Positions 19,314-29,562 are shown, numbered from the stretch's first letter. The stretch is DNA of 64,000 bases from Candidatus Sysuiplasma jiujiangense (GCA_019721075.1 JAHEAD010000009.1:29888-93887); one strand, 5' to 3'. The notes: a model not told the origin generated them from the letters alone. Program-made: numbers and translations.

Positions 19314-20531
19314 ATGGACTCATATGCGAGAGCACCGCACAGGATAGTGAGTAACATCATTGAGCGGGATGCTGAATCCACAGCATATGTTAGAATACTC
19401 GATACTACTCTGAGGGATGGAGAACAGACACCCGGAATATCGCTCACTCCTGAGCAAAAACTGAAACTCGCTGGAATACTCAACGAGCTGGGCGTGGACA
19501 CAATCGAGGCAGGTTTTCCGGTCACCTCACGGGGGGAAGAGGAGGCTGTAAAGAAGATAGCCTCTTCTGCAACCGGTGCAAAGGTAATCTGTCTTGCGAG
19601 GGCGGAAAAGAGCGACATCGAGAAGGCTGCCGAATGCGGTGTTTCCAGTATTCACATATTTCTTGCCTCATCGGACATACACCTCGTGAACAAACTGAAA
19701 ATGACGCGCGGGGAGATGCTGCAGAAGGCTGCGGATGCCGTTGATTTTGCGGGAACACGCGGCCTTGAGGTTGAGTTTTCTGCAGAAGACAGCACCCGGA
19801 CTGAACCTGGTTTTCTCGCAGAGGTTGCCAGGACAGTGCATGACGCCGGGGCAACGGTATTCGACATTGCAGACACGGTAGGCGTTGCGACTCCCGAATT
19901 GATGAAGTGCCTGGTGAAATCGGTTTCCGGGACAGGCATAGAAGTCAGCGTGCACTGCCATAACGACTTCGGTCTGGCTGTTGCCAACAGCATAGCGGCA
20001 GTGGATGCGGGAGCGGCACAGGTCCATGCAACGCTCAACGGAATTGGGGAAAGGGCCGGAAACACTTCGCTTGAAGAGTTTGCAACGGCCGCAACATGGC
20101 TTTACGGCTACAGAACCAAAATCAGGTTTGAGATGATATCGCACGCATGCGAACAGGCTGCAAGCATTACCGGAATGCCAATACACGCAAACAAGCCAAT
20201 AGTAGGAAGCAACGCGTTCGGGCACAAGTCAGGGATTCACACTCACGGCATAATACGGAATCCGATTACATACGAGCCGTTTGATCCGCGTCTGGTCGGC
20301 AGAGGGCGATGGATGCAGGCTGGAAAGCACTCCGGTCGCCATGGTATAGAAGCGCAGCTAAAGGAACAGAACATAACGCTGGGAAGAGAGGAACTTGACA
20401 TGGTGGTAAGGATGGTAAAGCAGCGGGGAGATTCCGGAATGATCACGGCGGCAGACGAGCTCGCGAGACTGGCTGATATGGCAAGGAAATCGTCGCTGCA
20501 GCAGATCCCCGAGGCACGGAATGGTGAGTGA
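19314..20531 (+). CDS. leuA: 2-isopropylmalate synthase / (R)-citramalate synthase family (LeuA/CimA)
   Basis: ILDTTLRDGEQTPG, HCHNDFGLAVANS and the TIM-barrel DRE-TIM family. Confidence 0.85.
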   Translation: MDSYARAPHRIVSNIIERDAESTAYVRILDTTLRDGEQTPGISLTPEQKLKLAGILNELGVDTIEAGFPVTSRGEEEAVKKIASSATGAKVICLARAEKSDIEKAAECGVSSIHIFLASSDIHLVNKLKMTRGEMLQKAADAVDFAGTRGLEVEFSAEDSTRTEPGFLAEVARTVHDAGATVFDIADTVGVATPELMKCLVKSVSGTGIEVSVHCHNDFGLAVANSIAAVDAGAAQVHATLNGIGERAGNTSLEEFATAATWLYGYRTKIRFEMISHACEQAASITGMPIHANKPIVGSNAFGHKSGIHTHGIIRNPITYEPFDPRLVGRGRWMQAGKHSGRHGIEAQLKEQNITLGREELDMVVRMVKQRGDSGMITAADELARLADMARKSSLQQIPEARNGE

Positions 20532-21845
20532 ATGGGCTCTACCACGGTGGAAAAGATCGTGTCAAGGGCATGCGGGAAGGCTGTAAGTGCGGGGGAGAAG
20601 CTGGAATCCCTTCCTGTGGACAGGTTATATCTGAACGAAGTTGTTGCGCCACCAGCAATTATCAACTTCCAGAATGACTTCAGCAAGGTATTCAGGGACA
20701 CGCAATCGCCGAAGCAGGTGTTTGACAGATCCAGAGTAACATTTTTTGCAGATCACAGCGTGCCATCATGCTCCGAGAGTGTTAGCAGGGGGATTGCCCT
20801 GATGAAGACATTTTCGAATGAAACGGGCGTCAGAATGTACAAGGAAGGGGACGGCATAGAACATACTGTGGCTGGAGAAGAAGGTTCCGTGCTTCCCGGG
20901 GAAATAGTCGTGGCCACAGACTCGCACACATGCACGCAGGGTGCCCTGGGTGCACTTGCATTCGGAATAGGAGCAACGGAGGCTGAATATGCGATGGCGA
21001 ATGGTGAAATCTACTCATTCTCCGTTCCTGAAACGATTCGCTTTTCAATCGGAGGCGAGCTGTCCGATGGTGTTTTTGCAAAGGATCTGATTTTACACAT
21101 ACTGGGAATGATGGGACAGGACGGCTGTTCAAGAAGGATCGCCGAATTCGATGGCCGGTGCATCAGCTCAATGGACATGGACGGAAGATTTACGATGTGC
21201 AATCTCTCTGTGGAAATGGGTGCCAGAAGCGCCATCATCAATCCTGATGACTCCACTTCGGCATATATACGCGAAGCATTCGCCAATTCAGGAAAGAGTT
21301 TTGACGGCAGTGCACTAGATAAAGCGCGGCGAAGCGATTCGGATGCAGTGTTCTCGTCCGTGTTTGAAGTCGATGCCGCAGATGTCGAACCAACTGTGGC
21401 ACTGCCGCATTCGCCTGCCAATGCGAAGCCGGTGAGCGAAGTTGATGATGAAATTGACACCGTCTTCATAGGGTCATGCGCAAATGCCAGGAAATCCGAT
21501 CTTGAAATAGCTGCCAGGATACTAGGCGGAAGAAGGATCAGCCGAAGGGTTAACCTTATCGTAATCCCGGCGAGCAGGAGGATCTACAACTGGGCTGCCT
21601 CTAACGGCATTCTTTCCCGGCTGGCAGAGGCAGGGGCGAATATAGAATCATCTAACTGCGGTCCCTGTTTCGGAAAGCACATGGGTGTCCTGGGGCCAGG
21701 TCAGCGTTGCGTGAGCACGAGTAACAGGAATTACAGGGGCAGAATGGGATCTCCGGATGCAATGATTTACCTGGCATCTCCTGCAGTGGCCGCTGCCTGC
21801 GCAATCGAAGGAAAAATCGCAGATCCGAGGAAGTATCTGAGGTGA
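20532..21845 (+). CDS. leuC: 3-isopropylmalate dehydratase (or homoaconitase) large subunit
   Basis: Aconitase-family Cys ligands (DSHT, GSCANAR, CGPCFG). Confidence 0.9.
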   Translation: MGSTTVEKIVSRACGKAVSAGEKLESLPVDRLYLNEVVAPPAIINFQNDFSKVFRDTQSPKQVFDRSRVTFFADHSVPSCSESVSRGIALMKTFSNETGVRMYKEGDGIEHTVAGEEGSVLPGEIVVATDSHTCTQGALGALAFGIGATEAEYAMANGEIYSFSVPETIRFSIGGELSDGVFAKDLILHILGMMGQDGCSRRIAEFDGRCISSMDMDGRFTMCNLSVEMGARSAIINPDDSTSAYIREAFANSGKSFDGSALDKARRSDSDAVFSSVFEVDAADVEPTVALPHSPANAKPVSEVDDEIDTVFIGSCANARKSDLEIAARILGGRRISRRVNLIVIPASRRIYNWAASNGILSRLAEAGANIESSNCGPCFGKHMGVLGPGQRCVSTSNRNYRGRMGSPDAMIYLASPAVAAACAIEGKIADPRKYLR

Positions 21846-21849
21846 GGAG

Positions 21850-22374
21850 ATGAAGATAGCAGGGAATGTCAGGAGAAAATTCGGGGATGACATAAACACC
21901 GACTACATCATACCGGCTCATCTTCTCCAGGAAAGCTGGGATCCGCATTTTTTTGCGGCTCATGCCTTTGAAAAATTCGATCCGCTTTTCAGGGAAAAAT
22001 GTCAGGCGGGCGACAGCAACATTATTGTGGCCGGGCGCAACTTCGGCTGCGGAAGTTCGCGTGAGCAGGCCGTCTATGCCCTGAAATACAACGGCGTCGT
22101 GGCAGTCGTGGCGGAATCGTTTCCCGATATCTTCTACCGGAATGCGCTGAACAACGGCCTCCTTCCTGTCAGGACACCACGCGCCGGGGGTATTCAGGAG
22201 GGTGATTCTGTAACGATAGACGTTTCTGCCGGCACAATGATTGTCAATGAGACCGGCAGCGCCATCATGCTTCCGGATCTTGATGATTACGCCGGTGTCA
22301 TGTCGAAAGGCGGAATGCTCGGACTTGCACAGGAGCGGTTACGTGAGAGGCTTATGCGTGCAGGAGGGGATTAG
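21850..22374 (+). CDS. leuD: 3-isopropylmalate dehydratase small subunit
   Basis: Aconitase swivel domain: [23 protein letters not shown]. Confidence 0.9.
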   Translation: MKIAGNVRRKFGDDINTDYIIPAHLLQESWDPHFFAAHAFEKFDPLFREKCQAGDSNIIVAGRNFGCGSSREQAVYALKYNGVVAVVAESFPDIFYRNALNNGLLPVRTPRAGGIQEGDSVTIDVSAGTMIVNETGSAIMLPDLDDYAGVMSKGGMLGLAQERLRERLMRAGGD

Positions 22375-22396
22375 CCTGGGTTTCAGAATCGCCGTA

Positions 22397-23401
22397 ATGG
22401 AGGGGGACGGTGTCGGAAAGGAGGTGGTATCCGCGGCTATTGAGGTGATTTCTGCGGTCGAAAGGAAATTTGACATCGGTTTCTCGTTTGAGAACGCTCC
22501 GGCCGGCGATGAGCTGCTCAGAAGAGATGGCAGCCCCTTCCCGCGATCATCGTTCAACGCAATAGAGGAAGCAGACGCGACACTGAAAGGTCCGCTAGGA
22601 TGGAGTGCAAAGGACGTAATCGTCAGGCTCAGGCGTGATCTTGACCTTTTTGCCAACATACGGCCGGCCAGGACACTATATGGTGCCGTAAGTCCGGCGA
22701 AACCCATAGACCTTGTCATTGTCAGGGAAAATACCGAAGACCTCTACAGTGAAATTGAATTCGATCTTGGAGACGGCGCGATAGCAATGAAGGTCATCAC
22801 AAGGCAGGCTACTGCAAGAATAGCAGAATATGCGGCAAGGGTTGCGATGAACAGAAATAAGTCAATGAAGGTTACATGCGTTCACAAATCGAATGTTCTG
22901 CAAAAGACCGACGGCTTGTTTTCAAATATATCGCGCGATGTGATTTCAAATTACCCTGCCATTCGTTTCGAAGAAATGCTTGTGGACGCCGCCGCCATGA
23001 ACCTGATACGCAATCCGCAGGATTTCGATGTTATTCTGACATCCAACCTATATGGAGACATACTTTCTGACGAAGCTGCGCAGATCGCCGGCGGGATAGG
23101 TTTCGCACCCTCAGCCAACATCGGCCGGGATCATGCCATATTTGAACCTGTGCACGGGGCGGCATTTGACATAGCGGGCGGCGGTGCGGCCAATCCGGCG
23201 GGCATGATACTTTCTGCCGCAATGATGCTCCGTTACCTCGGAGAGGGACACGGCAGCAATGAGTGCATGATTGCCGCTGCAGCTGTTGAGAGGGCGGTGG
23301 AAGATGCACTTTCGAGGGGGGTGGTGACTGCAGATTCAGGCGGAACGGCCAGCACTTCAGATTTCGGCAGATACGTCTCCAGAAGCATACTGGCTCAATG
23401 A
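22397..23401 (+). CDS. leuB: 3-isopropylmalate dehydrogenase (or isocitrate/homoisocitrate DH family)
   Basis: IAVMEGDGVGKEV N-terminus, NLYGDILSDEAAQIAGGIG and HGAAFDIAG motifs. Confidence 0.85.
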   Translation: MEGDGVGKEVVSAAIEVISAVERKFDIGFSFENAPAGDELLRRDGSPFPRSSFNAIEEADATLKGPLGWSAKDVIVRLRRDLDLFANIRPARTLYGAVSPAKPIDLVIVRENTEDLYSEIEFDLGDGAIAMKVITRQATARIAEYAARVAMNRNKSMKVTCVHKSNVLQKTDGLFSNISRDVISNYPAIRFEEMLVDAAAMNLIRNPQDFDVILTSNLYGDILSDEAAQIAGGIGFAPSANIGRDHAIFEPVHGAAFDIAGGGAANPAGMILSAAMMLRYLGEGHGSNECMIAAAAVERAVEDALSRGVVTADSGGTASTSDFGRYVSRSILAQ

Positions 23402-23407
23402 CAGCGG

Positions 23408-24652
23408 TCATGCGCCGTACTTCTTATTCCGCTGGGCATATCCCTTCAGCAGCGGCATGATGTCGAGCCCTCTGAGGCCGTTGAGCGAACCGCGGGCCGC
23501 ACTTATTTCGTCGAACGAGGAAATTCCGTCGGAGCGAAGCCCCTTCGAATAAATCATAAGCGGCACCGGATCGCAGGTATGTTCCTTCGCCGAAACAGGC
23601 GTTGAATGGTCGGCAGTCATTGCAAACACAACATTTTCATCCAACTCAGCGAATATGTCGTTAAGCATTGCATCCACACGCTCGATTATTGATACCTTGC
23701 CGGCTGCATTGCCGTCATGCCCGGCAATGTCTGTAGGCTTCACATGGATGAATACAAAATCGTTCGTGTCAAGCATCTTCAGCGCAGCCTTTCCCTTTGA
23801 TCCAAGGTTGGTGTCCATCCCTGCAGTGGCGCCGGCCGGAGTTACAACATCTGCCCCGAGTGCAAGGCAGATGCCCTTTATGAGTCCCTCCGCGGCAATT
23901 GCACCGAAGGACATGCCGTGCTTTACACTGAAAGGCTGAAGCTCGGGATACATTCCCCCGCTCCTCGCAAGAATTGTATTGGCAGGCGGAAGATTTCTTT
24001 GAATCCTCTTCCTGTTGACTTCGGAACCGGCAAGAATCTTCGAAGCCTGAAAAGTAAATTTATTGAGTACCTCGGCAGTCCTCGCGGAGTGCCTGTCGAG
24101 CGGTCTTGACTGGAGAACCGGACTTCCTGTCTCGCCAGGATCCGTGTCGCTGACGTTTGCTCCCAGATCCTTCCCGCTCAGCACCAGGACGCATCTGTGT
24201 TCCGTGCTTTCCTTGAATGTTACACTTACATCATCTATACGCATGTTTGATACAAGCGAGGCGAGCTCGGCGGTTTCCGGCTCCCTGATACGCCCTGCTC
24301 TCCTGTCCACTATTTTTCCTCCGGAATCGACCGTCGCGAAATTGCATCTGAACGCTATATCCCCCCGTGAGAGATGCAATCCTGCCCCGAGTGCCTCAAA
24401 CGGTCCGCGCCCCGTATAAAATTCAGCAGGATCATAGCCGAGTATGGAAAGATGCGAGGTATCGCTTCCAGGAATAAAACCTGGTTTTATCGTGTAGAGG
24501 AGTCCGTGCATGGCGGATGACGCAATCCTGTCAGTTGCTGGCTTCCTTGCGGCCTGCAATGGAGTCCTGCCGTGCAGTTCCTCTACTGGCCTGTCTCCAA
24601 GACCGTCGCATATCAGAAGAAGTATCTTCCGTTCACTCATTTCAGCATACAC
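23408..24652 (-). CDS. apgM: 2,3-bisphosphoglycerate-independent phosphoglycerate mutase, archaeal type
   Basis: N-terminal LLICDGLGDRP, the phosphopentomutase/iPGM metal-binding core, ~414 aa. Confidence 0.85.
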   Translation of the reverse strand: MYAEMSERKILLLICDGLGDRPVEELHGRTPLQAARKPATDRIASSAMHGLLYTIKPGFIPGSDTSHLSILGYDPAEFYTGRGPFEALGAGLHLSRGDIAFRCNFATVDSGGKIVDRRAGRIREPETAELASLVSNMRIDDVSVTFKESTEHRCVLVLSGKDLGANVSDTDPGETGSPVLQSRPLDRHSARTAEVLNKFTFQASKILAGSEVNRKRIQRNLPPANTILARSGGMYPELQPFSVKHGMSFGAIAAEGLIKGICLALGADVVTPAGATAGMDTNLGSKGKAALKMLDTNDFVFIHVKPTDIAGHDGNAAGKVSIIERVDAMLNDIFAELDENVVFAMTADHSTPVSAKEHTCDPVPLMIYSKGLRSDGISSFDEISAARGSLNGLRGLDIMPLLKGYAQRNKKYGA

Positions 24653-24658
24653 CTCTGT

Positions 24659-25033
24659 TCAATGATGCTCCCATGCGTCCAGGGGCAGCTCGTCATATAC
24701 ATTTGTGTCCGCAGTCTTTTCCTCTTTTTTAGACAGTATGTTGCGTATCTGATTTACATTGAGCTGCCAGTAATAAATTCGCCACAGCCTGCCGTTGGGC
24801 AGGAGGGACTCTTCCCAGTCGCTAGAAAGTATACCTGTATCGTGCAGTTCATAGAATATCTTTCTGTCATCGGGATCAAGTGCGTTATCTATAACCTGAA
24901 GATCAAAACCGAAATACGACATGACTGTTTCCGCCACTGTCTTTGCCTCCCCTGGACTCAAGCCAAGCTTGAGCACTATCGCCGAGGCCAGCGTCTCGAC
25001 ATCGACAAGATCCAATTTGCCCGAATCTGTCAT
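24659..25033 (-). CDS. Hypothetical protein, 7 nt upstream of apgM (probably co-transcribed)
   Basis: 124-aa ORF on the same strand as apgM with a 7-nt gap; no recognisable motif. Confidence 0.4.
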   Translation of the reverse strand: MTDSGKLDLVDVETLASAIVLKLGLSPGEAKTVAETVMSYFGFDLQVIDNALDPDDRKIFYELHDTGILSSDWEESLLPNGRLWRIYYWQLNVNQIRNILSKKEEKTADTNVYDELPLDAWEHH

Positions 25034-25101
25034 CCGGAATATACACCCTGTCCCACTCTATCGTAAATAAGCAATTAAACCTAGTTACTATCAGCATCCG
25101 G

Positions 25102-26247
25102 GTGTTTTCATTGAAGGAAAGGACGGAGCGCACTATCGGGCTGATAACCAACCCGATCGCTGGACTCGGAGGGAGCAAGGCGCTCAAAGGAACAGACGGC
25201 GAGCTGGCCCGGCGTGCCATTTCAATGGGTGCAGGTGGGAACGCTGTCAGGAGGACTTTCGAGGCACTTGCATCCCTGATAGATATTCTGGATGACAACG
25301 ACATTGATCCGCCTAAGATACTCAGCTGCCATGGGCCAATGGGGGAAGCGGCCCTGCTCCGCTCACGATATCCGAATTACTCAGCGGTTTACTCATATGA
25401 GGGCAAAACATCCTCTGGTGAAGATACCAGACTCGCGGCAGCCGTGATGGAGGCAATGGGGGCATCCATCATTGCGTTTGCAGGCGGTGACGGAACGCTG
25501 AGGGATGCGTCAGGAGGCATTAGAAGGAGGACACCGTTAATCGGTATTCCCTCCGGCGTAAAGATGTATTCCGGAGCGTTTCTACGTAAACCTGAATTGT
25601 TTGGTCAATCCATCCTGGGCTGGTTTGAGTCCGGCTGCCCTACAAAGAGTGTAAATATGCTGGATTTCGAGGACATTGCTGAAGGAAACATCAGCGTCTC
25701 AAACTATGGAACCGTCATCTCACCAATGCTGGAGACCGTCCAGCAGTCCAAGGAAGAGACGATCGGTGATGAGGATAGTAAGCAGGATATTGCAGAATAT
25801 TTCATCAGTACGATGGACGATTCCTTGACATACCTGATGGGTACCGGCTCTACTGTGAAGGAAATAGTGAAAGAAATGGGGTACAGGACGCATGTCCTGG
25901 GAGTCGACGTGTTCATGGGAAGGAAGATGGTATGCGCCGATGCCACAGACAGCATGATTGCACAGGCTGTTGAAAATGCGGGTCCAGGTAAGGTGCGGAT
26001 AGTTGTCACGCCGACAGGCGGCAGCGGATTCCTGTTCGGAAGGGGAAACCAGCAGTTTACACCGGAAATGCTGAAGGAAATTGGCAGAGAGAACATAATC
26101 GTGCTCTGCACTCCGCGCAAACTGGAATCCATCGGAACAATCAGGATCGACACGGGTGACAGGGAGGTGGACAGGACGCTCAGCGGAAACTATGAAGTAA
26201 TAAAAGGCTTCGGCATAAGGAGGATAACACATATAGGCAGCGAGTGA
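25102..26247 (+). CDS. ATP-NAD kinase-like protein (COG3199-type predicted polyphosphate/ATP NAD kinase)
   Basis: AGGDGTLRDASGGI (GGDGT) diacylglycerol/NAD-kinase-like motif; ~380 aa. Confidence 0.5.
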   Translation: MFSLKERTERTIGLITNPIAGLGGSKALKGTDGELARRAISMGAGGNAVRRTFEALASLIDILDDNDIDPPKILSCHGPMGEAALLRSRYPNYSAVYSYEGKTSSGEDTRLAAAVMEAMGASIIAFAGGDGTLRDASGGIRRRTPLIGIPSGVKMYSGAFLRKPELFGQSILGWFESGCPTKSVNMLDFEDIAEGNISVSNYGTVISPMLETVQQSKEETIGDEDSKQDIAEYFISTMDDSLTYLMGTGSTVKEIVKEMGYRTHVLGVDVFMGRKMVCADATDSMIAQAVENAGPGKVRIVVTPTGGSGFLFGRGNQQFTPEMLKEIGRENIIVLCTPRKLESIGTIRIDTGDREVDRTLSGNYEVIKGFGIRRITHIGSE

Positions 26248-26253
26248 GATGCG

Positions 26254-26739
26254 ATGTCGCCAAAAAGTCAGCCAGCAGGAAAAGTCGGCGAAATAAGGTG
26301 CTGGGCAATATGCCATTCTACAGAAGATGAGCATAAAGTCGAAATGGCGCTCCGAAATGTGGTTGGATCTGAAGCCGCGATTGAGCATGTTCGTACTGAA
26401 ACGCACTTCGGGCAGCCGATGTCAATTATCTCATGCAGATTAAGCGGCGGAAAGAAATTTTCCGAAATTTTGAGCAGGTTCTCCGCTGAAGATATTGAAA
26501 CACTCCTAGGGCAGCTCGAGGAAAGGCTTGACAGTGACAATACATTTCACATCAGGCTTGATAAACAGCAGACATATGAAGGCGAGCCGAAACTGTCATG
26601 CAGCTTTGATCCAGTGACGCGCAAGAAGAGGGACAGCATAGATCTCGATATACACTTCACCACGTATCCGTCCAGGAGAGAAAATGCAATCAGGTTCATA
26701 GAATCGCTGTTGAGAAAAAATGATTTGGAGCAGGGGTAG
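26254..26739 (+). CDS. Hypothetical RNA-binding-like protein (COG1325-like, predicted exosome-associated)
   Basis: 161-aa ORF 6 nt after the previous gene. Its stop codon lies inside the first 10 nt of tRNA-Leu. Confidence 0.45.
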   Translation: MSPKSQPAGKVGEIRCWAICHSTEDEHKVEMALRNVVGSEAAIEHVRTETHFGQPMSIISCRLSGGKKFSEILSRFSAEDIETLLGQLEERLDSDNTFHIRLDKQQTYEGEPKLSCSFDPVTRKKRDSIDLDIHFTTYPSRRENAIRFIESLLRKNDLEQG

Positions 26740-26814
26740 CCCAGCTTGGCCAAAGGCGCAAGGCTTAGGACCTTGTCCAGCAGTGGTTCGCCGGTTCAAA
26801 TCCGGCCCCCTGCA
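26730..26814 (+). tRNA. tRNA-Leu(UAG), class II with long variable arm; CCA not encoded
   Basis: Hand fold: acceptor GCAGGGG/CCCCTGC, discriminator A, anticodon stem CAAGG/CCTTG, loop CTTAGGA, 14-nt variable arm, T-arm GCCGG-TTCAAAT-CCGGC. Confidence 0.85.
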
Positions 26815-27748
26815 CTGGGACGATTGTTCGACCTGTTTAGAAGCGGTTAATCCCTCACTGATATTTGGATCATCATTGGCTTTTTTGAACTGATGAACGA
26901 ACTGGAGTTGCATCAGGATACCGGTTCTACGTAATCATGATGCAAGGAAGAGTGTGACGGAGAGATTAAAGGCTCTTCAGGACAGTCGAATGACGACAGT
27001 CGAACTCAAGATGCCCGTCATTGACGGAATACGCACAAAGGATGTGAACAAAGTGGCACCGCTTAAGGGTTCATGGCGACATCATCGATCGCAAAACCGC
27101 TCTTCCTCGAAGGACTGGTGAAGCTGCCCGGTGCAAAGCTGACATTCGGCGGCGCGGTCAGCAAGGCAGGGCTGCGGAGGTTCGTGATCTCGATATGGTC
27201 GACCGTTGAATTGAAGAACTGCCCCGAGGATACGTTGCATTATCGTAGCGTTCGCAGGCTTGTAGAAGAAGCAGTTGATGGCACATTCACCAGCTACTCC
27301 AGCGTAACGCACGGCAGCAGGGATTAGTTTCAGATAGCACTGAGATACGGCCAAAAAACGAGTCCAGTGCTCGTGCCTGTGTATCAGTCGTATGCTCTCG
27401 AAATCATTGAACTTGATGTCACAACCTGAAAGCAGAGCCTGTGCTATCTGTCCCTGTTGATCAATACTCCTGATCTTCTCCGGACAGCTTACCGATGGTT
27501 CCGATTGCCCTGGAGGTATCCGGGTCCATCGTTGACAGGCACTCTTAGATGAAAACCGCGAGCATCATCAGCAGTTCTTTGAATGCGCGCAAATAGCGTT
27601 TAGTGAGATTTCAACTATCACAACAGAACAACGCATTTTATCTTCCTTCCTCACCATTACCTGCGCGATCGGTTTTGCGACGGATTCACGGGCGCATCAC
27701 GAAGAGATGTGCCTGGTTTCGGCTCAAGCGCAACTGAAAGCAGTTAAA

Positions 27749-27774
27749 TATAGGTATGTAAATACTTACTACTA
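27749..27774. promoter_or_regulatory. Perfect 26-bp palindrome AATACTTACTACTAGTAGTAAGTATT ~50 bp upstream of the RHH-fusion gene; candidate RHH operator or centromere-like site
   Basis: Verified base by base as its own reverse complement. Confidence 0.6.
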
Positions 27775-27824
27775 GTAGTAAGTATTAAGTAATTAGCTAT
27801 CACTGATCATTACCGGCGATTTCC

Positions 27825-28346
27825 GTGAATGAAAAGGTAAGCATATCCCTTGATGAAAATATAATCAAACTCATAGATGCCGAAAGGGGAGATGTACCCA
27901 GAAGCAGGTACATAGAGAACCTGCTCAAGACTGCCGGCTCGCTTTTTGAGGCTCTGTGGATATTTTCAGACGAATTTGAAAGTGTTACAAAAATGGAGAG
28001 ATGGCTCGCAGCTCACGCTTCGCAGCCACTGGGGAGACCGCTGCACAAGCATGAAGGGTACCTCTCCGTTACGGATAATGCACTGCGCTTTTATAACGAT
28101 AAAATGGATCTTCTGTTTATTATCGAAAAGCGTTCAATCCTGAATATGAGCGTGAGTTACGATGAGCAGTTCAAAAGATTCAGAGACTCGCGCGGACTCA
28201 TACCGCCGCTCAAGCTGGAGCTCGATAACAGGATTGTGTATCTCTTCACCAAGACCATAGGCAGGAAACGGCTGGGAGGGGGGTGGATGTTCAGAGGAGA
28301 GAATGAAGCTCTGGAAATGTGGTTTAAGGGCTTTCCGCAGCGCTGA
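27825..28346 (+). CDS. Ribbon-helix-helix (CopG/Arc-like) DNA-binding domain fused to a ~130-aa uncharacterised C-terminal domain
   Basis: N-terminal beta-strand then two helices: VSISLDENIIKLIDAE...RSRYIENLLK. The C-terminal part has no recognised motif. Confidence 0.55.
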   Translation: MNEKVSISLDENIIKLIDAERGDVPRSRYIENLLKTAGSLFEALWIFSDEFESVTKMERWLAAHASQPLGRPLHKHEGYLSVTDNALRFYNDKMDLLFIIEKRSILNMSVSYDEQFKRFRDSRGLIPPLKLELDNRIVYLFTKTIGRKRLGGGWMFRGENEALEMWFKGFPQR

Positions 28347-28685
28347 ACTGTTCGGTTCTGCCGCGGCGGAGTTATTACGCTGCAATGAAGAGTACATACT
28401 GATCGGCAAAGGAACAAGACCGGCCCATAAGTCGTCAGCTCGTCAGCGCCACCGCAACATTTGTGCTGCCTGGCAACGGCGCAGTGAGAGGCTCACACAC
28501 TGTCTATTGGAAAAACGGCAAATTCATCCATGCGTCAGAATGCCACCTGCACCTGTCAGGGCAACAGCAGACAGGTTGTCGATTTCACAGACAGCATATT
28601 CAGGTGCTGAATGAGATCAAACCGGTTTGCTCCCTGCCTGCTTAGCGGGGATAGGGTTTCGCCCTACCCGGATTCAATACCTGAT

Positions 28686-29450
28686 TTACTGGAAATTGAA
28701 ATATGGACCGCCGATTGTGAAGAGCGAGGCCTGCATGAATCCGGATTCCTGCTGGGGGGGCGTCAGCGTGACGTCTGCTTCCTGCTGCACATTTCCCATT
28801 GAAAGGATATCGTAACGGAGTTCCTCCGCTATGTCCGAACTGAAGTACTGCGTAATCTGGTCGTTTATGTGCCTGCAGACGGAGAGTATTATCTTGGATA
28901 TTCCCTCCTGGACTATTCTGAAACCGTCCTCCAGCGTGATTTCATCCGAAAGCTCGGTGAGTTTATTGTTGTCTATGACAACAATCGCATCCGAGATGGA
29001 TTTCAGTTCAGCAATTGTCTTCTCGCACTGCGACCTGGACTCCTCGACAAACGGTCTTATACCAATCGAGACAACAGTGATATCCATTTCCTTTGCCGCC
29101 CTTGCCACGACAGGCGCAACACGTGAGCCGAAGGTTCCACCGAGGCCGGTTACAACAAATATGATACCTGCGTTGACTATCTTTGCCTTTATTGCCTCAA
29201 GGTACAGCTCTTCGACAGCGTCAATATCCTCCGGCCTGATCAGGAGCGCAGAACTGCAGGCGACAGAGCAGAGTCTGTCCTGATTGTCATTGACTGCGAC
29301 TGTCTCAATATCGGGGTGTTCCCAGTACAGCCGTTCAGCAATGTTCGTTCCGGCGCCGCCGCAGCCGACGACGCTCACTCTAGGTTCTCCGATTCCGCCC
29401 ACAATGGATACATCCATCCCTTCCTGGGTGAAGTCACCGAATTCAGACAT
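28686..29450 (-). CDS. FtsZ/tubulin-superfamily GTPase, minimal form (GTPase core through the T7 region, no C-terminal domain); FtsZl1- or TubZ-like
   Basis: T1 loop VVGCGGAGTNIAERL (cf. FtsZ VIGVGGGGNNAVNRM), degenerate tubulin signature VTGLGGTFGSRVAPVVARAAKE (cf. GMGGGTGTGAAPVIA), VVSIGIRPFVEESRSQCEKTIAELKSISDAIVVIDNNKL (cf. VVTKPFSFEGRKR...LIVIPNDKL), and a T7-like INDQ. It ends ~60 aa later at 254 aa. Confidence 0.8.
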   Translation of the reverse strand: MSEFGDFTQEGMDVSIVGGIGEPRVSVVGCGGAGTNIAERLYWEHPDIETVAVNDNQDRLCSVACSSALLIRPEDIDAVEELYLEAIKAKIVNAGIIFVVTGLGGTFGSRVAPVVARAAKEMDITVVSIGIRPFVEESRSQCEKTIAELKSISDAIVVIDNNKLTELSDEITLEDGFRIVQEGISKIILSVCRHINDQITQYFSSDIAEELRYDILSMGNVQQEADVTLTPPQQESGFMQASLFTIGGPYFNFQ

Positions 29451-29562
29451 TTGTCTCCTCCTTGATCTTGCGGATATGCTCTGGAGAAACCGTTTCCCTG
29501 TTCAGTAACTGTTCGTGCATCCCATCCCTTCTGACAGCCGCCAAACCTTTCCATGTCCACTA

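Noticed and set aside
26815-27824. Integrase or att-site duplication next to tRNA-Leu
   Set aside because: No tyrosine-recombinase motifs (R…HxxR…Y) were found in any frame examined, and no repeat of the tRNA 3' segment GGTTCAAATCCGGCCCCC was found downstream. The island hypothesis is retained without a recombinase.
28686-29450. Canonical FtsZ or CetZ annotation for the tubulin-like gene
   Set aside because: At 254 aa it lacks the entire C-terminal domain, and its signature motifs are degenerate. It also sits beside RHH regulators rather than in a division or cell-shape gene context.
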